The notes under the pieces are model-generated. The model did no database searches. It saw nothing but the letters and a program-made list of their open reading frames with translations, and had not been told where the DNA came from. 60,330 nt of DNA from Candidatus Velthaea sp. (GTDB taxonomy: Bacteria; Vulcanimicrobiota; Vulcanimicrobiia; Vulcanimicrobiales; Vulcanimicrobiaceae): positions 1 to 60,330 of the forward strand of contig CBDCCS010000005.1 in the NCBI GenBank assembly GCA_965214935.1, read 5' to 3'. Shown here piece by piece: positions 54,258-60,330 of this stretch (position 1 is the stretch's first letter; each line of letters starts with the position of its first letter). A program made the translations under genes and the position numbers.

Positions 54258-54770
54258 CTATGAAGCGAAGAGTTCGGCGACGGTCTTGTCGCGTAACTTC
54301 GCAACTTGTTCGGCCGTCCGCAGCGATTTGAGCGCCTCGAACGTCGCGTAAACAACGTTGATCGGGTTCGACGTGCCGAGCGACTTGGTAAGGATGTCGT
54401 GGATCCCGGCAAGCTCGAGCACGGCGCGCATCGCACCGCCGGCGATGACGCCCGTACCGGGTGCCGCCGGTTTGAGCATCACTCTGCCGGCACCGACTTG
54501 CATCGTGACGGCGTGTGGTATCGTCCGTTCGACCATCGGAACCGTAACGAGATCCTTACGCGCCTGCTCGACGCCTTTGCGAATCGCTTCGGGGACTTCA
54601 CCGGCCTTGCCGATCGCAAAACCGACTTTGCCCTTCTTATCACCGACGACGACGAGCGCCGAAAAACTAAAGCGCTTACCGCCCTTGACGACTTTCGCGA
54701 CGCGGTTGATGCGTACGACGGTCTCTTCAAAGCCCTGATTGTCGCGGTCGCGACCGCCTCGATTGTACAT
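54258..54770 (-). CDS. rpsE: 30S ribosomal protein S5
   Basis: [30 protein letters not shown]. Confidence 0.98.
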   Translation of the reverse strand: MYNRGGRDRDNQGFEETVVRINRVAKVVKGGKRFSFSALVVVGDKKGKVGFAIGKAGEVPEAIRKGVEQARKDLVTVPMVERTIPHAVTMQVGAGRVMLKPAAPGTGVIAGGAMRAVLELAGIHDILTKSLGTSNPINVVYATFEALKSLRTAEQVAKLRDKTVAELFAS

Positions 54771-54772
54771 CT

Positions 54773-55141
54773 CTAAAAATCCAATCCGGCTTCACGCGCA
54801 GCGGCAGCGAGCGCTGCGACACGGCCGTGATACTTGCGGCCTGACGTATCGAATACGACGGCGGTTACTCCGGCAGCTTTTGCCTTCTCGGCAATCGCCG
54901 AACCGATGCGTGTTGCGGCTTCGACGTTGGTCGTCGAGTCGAGTCCGTCGGCGACCGCTTTATCGCGCGTCGAAACGGCGACGATCGTATGACCCTTGGA
55001 GTCGTCGACGACAAACGCGTACGTATGATGGAGGCTGCGGAATATTTGTAAGCGCGGACGAGCACTCGTGCCGACGACCTTGCGGCGCAACCGGTCGTGA
55101 CGCTTGACGCGTTGCAAATTCTTCGAAACTTTGACGGCCAC
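54773..55141 (-). CDS. rplR: 50S ribosomal protein L18
   Basis: [26 protein letters not shown]. Confidence 0.97.
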   Translation of the reverse strand: MAVKVSKNLQRVKRHDRLRRKVVGTSARPRLQIFRSLHHTYAFVVDDSKGHTIVAVSTRDKAVADGLDSTTNVEAATRIGSAIAEKAKAAGVTAVVFDTSGRKYHGRVAALAAAAREAGLDF

Positions 55142-55689
55142 TATTTCTTACTCGCCTTTCCGGCCTTGCCCATCTTCTTACGAACGACTTCGCCTTCATA
55201 GCGTACGCCTTTGCCCTTATACGGTTCAGGCGGACGAAGATCGCGGATTTCGGCAGCGACTTGGCCGACTTTCTGCTTATCGATTCCGTCGATATGAATC
55301 TTATTCGTGCCTTCGACGGTGAACGAAATACCCGCCGGCGCCTGGAACGTTACCGGATGCGAGTAGCCGAGCGATAAATTAATGTTGTTTCCGGCTTTGG
55401 TTGCGCGATAACCGACGCCTTGCAGTTCGAGACTCTTACGAAAGCCTTTCGTCACGCCTTCGACCATGTTACTGATCAGCGTCCGCGTTAGGCCGTGCGC
55501 CGAACGTCCGGCTTTGTCATCCGATTTGCGCTCGACGACAAGCTGGCCGCCGTCGAGCCGCACGGTCACGTGCTCGAGAATCGGCTGCTGCAGTTCGCCC
55601 TTGGGTCCTTGGACTTTCACGAGCAAGTCGGCAAGATCGATATTGACGCCGGCCGGGACGGCGACGGGAAGTTTTCCGATACGTGACAT
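55141..55689 (-). CDS. rplF: 50S ribosomal protein L6
   Basis: MSRIGKLPV, GVGYRA, RPPEPYKGKGVRY. Confidence 0.98.
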   Translation of the reverse strand: MSRIGKLPVAVPAGVNIDLADLLVKVQGPKGELQQPILEHVTVRLDGGQLVVERKSDDKAGRSAHGLTRTLISNMVEGVTKGFRKSLELQGVGYRATKAGNNINLSLGYSHPVTFQAPAGISFTVEGTNKIHIDGIDKQKVGQVAAEIRDLRPPEPYKGKGVRYEGEVVRKKMGKAGKASKK

Positions 55690-55718
55690 CTTATGCGCTC
55701 ACCCACGAACGAAGAGGA

Positions 55719-56120
55719 TTACCAGACATACGCGAGCACCTCGCCGCCGAAGCCCTCACGTTTAGCGCGTTTGCCCGACATGATCCCGTGCGAAGTCGAA
55801 ATGATGACCAGGCCAAGACCGCCGAGCACACGTGGAATCTCAGTTTTCGACGTGTAAACCCGTAAGCCGGGCCGGCTGATACGACGCAGACCGGTGATGA
55901 CTTTTTCTTTTTCCGGCCCGTACTTGAGGACGACCCGGATCGTGCCTTGCGGACCTTCGGCGACCTGCTCGAAGCTTTTGATGAAGCCTTCGTCGACAAG
56001 AATCTGCGCGACGGCTTTTTTCATCTTGCTGGCCGGAATATCGACCGTCTGATGATTCACGCTATTCGCATTGCGAATGCGCGTGAGCATGTCGGCGATC
56101 GGATCGGTGATAACGCCCAT
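55719..56120 (-). CDS. rpsH: 30S ribosomal protein S8
   Basis: [31 protein letters not shown]. Confidence 0.98.
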   Translation of the reverse strand: MGVITDPIADMLTRIRNANSVNHQTVDIPASKMKKAVAQILVDEGFIKSFEQVAEGPQGTIRVVLKYGPEKEKVITGLRRISRPGLRVYTSKTEIPRVLGGLGLVIISTSHGIMSGKRAKREGFGGEVLAYVW

Positions 56121-56158
56121 CTAACGGGTCTCCCTGACGTTGCTCATCGGCGCGCGCA

Positions 56159-56344
56159 TCACCACGAAGCCTTCGTGATACCGGGGATAAAGCCGCGATG
56201 CGCGTTTTCACGAAAACAAATGCGGCACATGGCAAACTTGCGCAAATAGCCGCGCGGACGCCCGCACACTTTGCACCGGTTATGGTCGCGCACGTGAAAT
56301 TTCGCCGGAATTTTCGACGCTTCGATCGAGGATGTTTTCGCCAT
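56159..56344 (-). CDS. rpsN: 30S ribosomal protein S14, type Z (Zn-binding)
   Basis: 61 aa; [10 protein letters not shown]...CRICFRE...PGITKASW. Confidence 0.97.
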   Translation of the reverse strand: MAKTSSIEASKIPAKFHVRDHNRCKVCGRPRGYLRKFAMCRICFRENAHRGFIPGITKASW

Positions 56345-56910
56345 TACGCGGCTCCCTTCGCCGGCGTCGCCTTGGTTAACGGCAACCCCATCGATTCAAG
56401 GAAGGCCGTCGCTTCTTCGTCCGTTTTTGCCGTCGTCACGATGACGATATCCATACCGCGCGCCTTGTCGACTTTGTCAAAATTGATCTCGGGAAAGACG
56501 AGCTGCTCGCGCAGACCCATATTGTAATTGCCGCGTCCGTCGAACGACTTGCGCGAAAGTCCGCGGAAGTCGCGAATCCGCGGCAGCACCACGTTAAAAA
56601 GCTTGTCGAGAAATACGTACATCCGCTCGCCGCGCAAAGTTACCTTGCAGCCGACATTCATGCCTTCGCGCAACTTGAATGCAGCGATGGACTTCTTCGC
56701 CTTCGTGATGACCGGCTTTTGACCCGAAATAGCAATCATCTCGTTGACGGCGACGTCGAGAATCTTCGAGTTTTGAATCGCATCGCCGACCGACATGTTG
56801 ATAACGACTTTTTCGAGCTTCGGCAACTGCATCGGATTCTTATAGCCGAAGCGTGCCTGCAGCGCGGGACGTACGGTACCGGTGTATTTATCTTTTAAGC
56901 GCTCTGCCAT
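56344..56910 (-). CDS. rplE: 50S ribosomal protein L5
   Basis: [33 protein letters not shown]. Confidence 0.98.
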   Translation of the reverse strand: MAERLKDKYTGTVRPALQARFGYKNPMQLPKLEKVVINMSVGDAIQNSKILDVAVNEMIAISGQKPVITKAKKSIAAFKLREGMNVGCKVTLRGERMYVFLDKLFNVVLPRIRDFRGLSRKSFDGRGNYNMGLREQLVFPEINFDKVDKARGMDIVIVTTAKTDEEATAFLESMGLPLTKATPAKGAA

Positions 56911-56912
56911 GA

Positions 56913-57269
56913 TTAGCGGTCTTTCACCGGGTTGGGAAGCTGTTCGCCCGAGCGAACCGCAACACGTACCGAAGATCCGTCGGTTTGGCGGATACGCCGG
57001 ATGCGCGTCGGCAAATTCGTTTTGGGATCGATGATTTGCAGCGCGCACAGCGGCAACGGCGCTTCTTTTTCGAAGATGCCGCCGGTCTGCTGAGCTCCGG
57101 CCTGACCGGGTTTCGTATGCCGCTTGATGACATTGAGACCTTCAACCGTCGCCGTTCCGGCTTTCGGAAAGACCGCTTTGACGACGCCGCGTTTGCCCTT
57201 TTCTTTACCGCGCCGGATGACGACCGTGTCGCCCTTGGCGACATGCGGTTTTACAACGGCTTGCGCCAT
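56913..57269 (-). CDS. rplX: 50S ribosomal protein L24
   Basis: [17 protein letters not shown] (KOW), VEGLN, KEAPL. Confidence 0.96.
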   Translation of the reverse strand: MAQAVVKPHVAKGDTVVIRRGKEKGKRGVVKAVFPKAGTATVEGLNVIKRHTKPGQAGAQQTGGIFEKEAPLPLCALQIIDPKTNLPTRIRRIRQTDGSSVRVAVRSGEQLPNPVKDR

Positions 57270-57646
57270 TACAGAACCTCCGGGGCAAGCGATGCGATTT
57301 TGGTGAAACCGCGATCGCGCAGTTCGCGGCAAACCGGCCCAAAAACGCGCGTCCCGCGCGGCTCGAGGTTGTCTTTGTCACCTTTAATGATCACGCACGC
57401 GTTATCGTCGAACTTGATGATCGAACCGTCGGGACGCGTCATCGGCTGCGAACAGCGAACAACGACGGCTTTCACGACCTGGCCCTTTTTCACCGCAGCA
57501 CCCGGGATGGCCGATTTGACCGTCCCGACAATGATGTCGCCGACATGCGCGTACGGATGCCGGCTACCGCCGCTCACGTGGATGCAGAGCAGTTCGCGGG
57601 CGCCGGAATTATCGGCAACCTTGAGCCGCGTTTCTTGCTGAATCAT
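57269..57646 (-). CDS. rplN: 50S ribosomal protein L14
   Basis: [29 protein letters not shown]. Confidence 0.98.
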   Translation of the reverse strand: MIQQETRLKVADNSGARELLCIHVSGGSRHPYAHVGDIIVGTVKSAIPGAAVKKGQVVKAVVVRCSQPMTRPDGSIIKFDDNACVIIKGDKDNLEPRGTRVFGPVCRELRDRGFTKIASLAPEVL

Positions 57647-57649
57647 CGC

Positions 57650-57955
57650 TTACTTAGCTTTCTCAACGATTTCGACCAAGCGCCAGCGCTTGTCTTTGGA
57701 CATCGGACGGCACTCGGCAATACGAACGGTGTCGCCGATTCCGGCGCTGTTGTTCTCATCGTGTGCTTTAAACCGCACCGATTTGCGGACGATCTTCTTG
57801 TACACCGGATGCGGGACGCGCGTTTCGGTCACGACCACGATCGTCTTGTCCATCTTATCCGACGCAACACGGCCTTGCTTGACGCGGCGCCGGTTAATAC
57901 GCCCGGCGTCACCCTGCGGCTCGGCCGCCGGCGGCGTCGTATTAAGCTGCTCCAT
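57650..57955 (-). CDS. rpsQ: 30S ribosomal protein S17
   Basis: [35 protein letters not shown]. Confidence 0.97.
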   Translation of the reverse strand: MEQLNTTPPAAEPQGDAGRINRRRVKQGRVASDKMDKTIVVVTETRVPHPVYKKIVRKSVRFKAHDENNSAGIGDTVRIAECRPMSKDKRWRLVEIVEKAK

Positions 57956-58163
57956 GTCGTGCCTCAACGATCTTCTTCTCTGAAATAGCGGTTTGAATTT
58001 GGGCGTACGTGCGTCGCGCAGCTTTAACTTTCGAGAAATCCGAGAGATGGCCGGTACGCAACGAGAAACGCAGGTTGAAGAGCTCTTCCTTTGTTTCGCG
58101 CGCCTTTATTTCGAGTGCGGCAATGCTGAGTTCGCGAAACGCTCGCAGATCGGTCTTCTTCAT
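57942..58163 (-). CDS. rpmC: 50S ribosomal protein L29
   Basis: KEELFNLRF; position between rplP and rpsQ. Confidence 0.95.
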   Translation of the reverse strand: MKKTDLRAFRELSIAALEIKARETKEELFNLRFSLRTGHLSDFSKVKAARRTYAQIQTAISEKKIVEARHGAA

Positions 58164-58585
58164 CCGGCGGCCTCCTCGGCTGCGCGTGAAACGAATTTCA
58201 CGCCGATCGGCAATTTTTGAGCGGCCAAACGCAGTGCTTCTTTGGCAACTGATTCAGGTACGCCGCCGATCTCGAACAAGATCCGACCCGGACGTATAAC
58301 CGCAACCCAGAACTCGGGGTTGCCTTTACCGCTACCCATGCGAACTTCGGCCGGCTTTTTCGTAACCGACTTGTCCGGAAAGATTTTTATCCAAACTTTG
58401 CCGCCGCGCTTAATGTAGCGCGTCATCGCGACACGCGCAGCTTCAATCTGCCGGTTCGTCATCCAGCACGGTTCGAGCGCTTGCAAGCCGTACTCGCCGA
58501 ACGTCAACGTGTTACCGGTCATCGACCGGCCCGTCATCCGTCCGCGATGCTGGCGGCGCCATTTGACACGTCTCGGAGTAAGCAT
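58160..58585 (-). CDS. rplP: 50S ribosomal protein L16
   Basis: [27 protein letters not shown]. Confidence 0.98.
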   Translation of the reverse strand: MLTPRRVKWRRQHRGRMTGRSMTGNTLTFGEYGLQALEPCWMTNRQIEAARVAMTRYIKRGGKVWIKIFPDKSVTKKPAEVRMGSGKGNPEFWVAVIRPGRILFEIGGVPESVAKEALRLAAQKLPIGVKFVSRAAEEAAG

Positions 58586-58587
58586 CG

Positions 58588-59697
58588 TTAACCGTCCGCC
58601 TCGGAAGTCGGGTTCGTATCCTGGGTCGATAACTCGGGACGATCGTGCGTGCCGCCGTCCGTTGCCGGTTGCGGATGTTCCGCCGTCGGCGCCGACGACG
58701 GAGCACCGGGCCGTTCGGCCGCGTCAACGGTTGCCTGCGACGCGAGGTCGACTTGCGACGTCTCGCCGGTCACGCCGCGACCGTGCTCGGCCGACGTGTT
58801 GTGGATCGCCGTGCCGCCGTGCTCGGCGGTGGGATGGAAGCCCTCGGCCGACGGAGCACCGTCCGTAACGGACTCAAGAGATTGGCCGTCGGCGGTTGCA
58901 GCAGCAAGCGCGGCAGCCGTATCGAGACCGCCGGCCGCGCGCGGACGACCGGCAATCGGAGCGCCGCTACGTCCGCCGCGGCCGCCGCGGCCGCCGCGAT
59001 TGTCACGGAAGTTCACGCGGTCACCCGTAACGGTGCGCTCGACCGGACGGCTTTGCTCTTGCCGCGGCTGATCCGGCAAGATTTCGCCCTTGTAGATCCA
59101 GACCTTAACGCCGATGCGCCCGAAGGTGGTGAACGCTTCGACATGCGCGTAGTCGATATCGGCACGCAGAGTATGCAACGGCACTTTGCCGTCGTGATTA
59201 GTCTCGCGTCGCGCGATTTCCGCACCGCCAAGGCGGCCGGAAATCTGCACTTTCACGCCGCGCGCGCCGGCTTTCATGGTCCGCATGATCGCTTGCTTCA
59301 TCGCGCGCCGAAATGCAATGCGCTTTTCAAGCTGATCGACGATATTTTGTCCGACCAGTCGTGCATCGGTTTCGGGATGCTTGATCTCAACGACGTTTAC
59401 TTGAACTTGCTTACCCGTCAACGTCTCGAGATTGCGCCGGATTTCGTCGATGCCGACGCCGCGCTTGCCGATGATGATCCCGGGTTTGCCGGTATTGACG
59501 ATGACGCGCGCTTGATTCGCACGCCGTTCGATCTCGACTTTCGAGATTGCCGCAGCACGCGTCATGCGCCCGAAATACTTGCGAATCGCGACGTCTTCGT
59601 GCAGCCAGGCTTGGTAATTTTTCTTTTCGAACCAGCGGCTGTCCCACGTACGGGTGATACCTAAGCGAAGCCCGACCGGGTGAATCTTTTGACCCAT
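58588..59697 (-). CDS. rpsC: 30S ribosomal protein S3 with long C-terminal extension (369 aa)
   Basis: [54 protein letters not shown]. Confidence 0.98.
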   Translation of the reverse strand: MGQKIHPVGLRLGITRTWDSRWFEKKNYQAWLHEDVAIRKYFGRMTRAAAISKVEIERRANQARVIVNTGKPGIIIGKRGVGIDEIRRNLETLTGKQVQVNVVEIKHPETDARLVGQNIVDQLEKRIAFRRAMKQAIMRTMKAGARGVKVQISGRLGGAEIARRETNHDGKVPLHTLRADIDYAHVEAFTTFGRIGVKVWIYKGEILPDQPRQEQSRPVERTVTGDRVNFRDNRGGRGGRGGRSGAPIAGRPRAAGGLDTAAALAAATADGQSLESVTDGAPSAEGFHPTAEHGGTAIHNTSAEHGRGVTGETSQVDLASQATVDAAERPGAPSSAPTAEHPQPATDGGTHDRPELSTQDTNPTSEADG

Positions 59698-59704
59698 AAT
59701 TCCT

Positions 59705-60202
59705 CTAAGCTCCCGGTGCGGGAGGCGGCGTTTTAACTCGACGCGACGTGGAAGGCTTCGCCGCTGCGACCTTGGCCTGACGCGAATCCGCTGTCGACAG
59801 TGCAATGGCGGCGCCCGGCCGCGGCTTCGGCGGATACTTGGGCGGCGTGCTTCCGACGCCGATCGTCACGTGCGACATGCGCTTGCGCTTGAAAGCTGCG
59901 CGGCCTTGTGCGCGCGGATCCAGGCGTTTGGTGAATCCGCCGCCGGGTCCGCCGTCGACGGTAATGCGCGTGATGAACAACCCATCGGTATTCATGTTGT
60001 GGTTGTTTTCAGCGTTCGCGACCGCCGACTTGAGCAGCTTCTCGATGGGCTCGGCGGCAAAGACGCCGGCAAACTGCAGCAGCACGAGGGCTTCGCGTAC
60101 GGACTTACCGCGGATTGCATCGGCAACGCGACGCAGCTTGCGCGGACCGATCCGCGCGAACTTCAGATGCGCGAGCGCCTCGACACGTTCTTGCGTTTGC
60201 AT
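59705..60202 (-). CDS. rplV: 50S ribosomal protein L22 with C-terminal extension
   Basis: [40 protein letters not shown] overlap with rpsS. Confidence 0.97.
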   Translation of the reverse strand: MQTQERVEALAHLKFARIGPRKLRRVADAIRGKSVREALVLLQFAGVFAAEPIEKLLKSAVANAENNHNMNTDGLFITRITVDGGPGGGFTKRLDPRAQGRAAFKRKRMSHVTIGVGSTPPKYPPKPRPGAAIALSTADSRQAKVAAAKPSTSRRVKTPPPAPGA

Positions 60203-60330
60203 CACTTGACCGTCGCCTTGTCGCCGCTGTGACCTTTGAAGGTCCGCGTCGGCGAAAACTCACCGAGCTTGTGACCGACCATGTTTTCGGTGACGAATAC
60301 CGGTATGTGAGCTTTGCCGTTATGCACGCT
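60202..60330 (-). CDS. rpsS: 30S ribosomal protein S19, 3' part (runs off the window)
   Basis: [33 protein letters not shown]. Confidence 0.97.
   Translation of the reverse strand, partial: SVHNGKAHIPVFVTENMVGHKLGEFSPTRTFKGHSGDKATVK

Overview
GC-rich bacterial chromosomal window of mostly housekeeping genes, nearly all on the minus strand. The 16S sequence and gene style suggest Eremiobacterota (WPS-2); this is an inference from recall, not a search. Left to right: FmdB zinc-ribbon gene, SRPBCC gene, ECF sigma factor, M20 amidohydrolase, ftsZ-ftsA-ftsQ with a coupled Cof/HAD gene, catalase katE, a dnaE-hisZ-hisG-DNA methyltransferase-hisD operon, a non-classical (type E, CCG-anchor) succinate dehydrogenase sdhABE, a ThrE exporter, one rrn operon (16S-23S-5S, no ITS tRNA), P5C dehydrogenase, lhgO plus rhodanese, an SDR, the trpEGDCFBA operon, and the S10/spc/alpha ribosomal protein cluster. 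Most notable: (1) the alpha operon is split between rpsM and rpsK by an opposite-strand three-gene block carrying a soluble chemoreceptor with two signalling domains; (2) an 85-nt GNRA-capped helix in 23S rRNA at the H54/H55 junction, the site of the actinobacterial insertion; (3) a helically phased array of five DnaA-box-like motifs with no dnaA in the window; (4) an orphan N6-adenine methyltransferase inside the his operon; (5) a 31-aa membrane peptide below the ORF-track cutoff; (6) unusual ribosomal protein insertions and extensions, and no rpmD or infA at their usual positions. No CRISPR array, tRNA or mobile element was seen.
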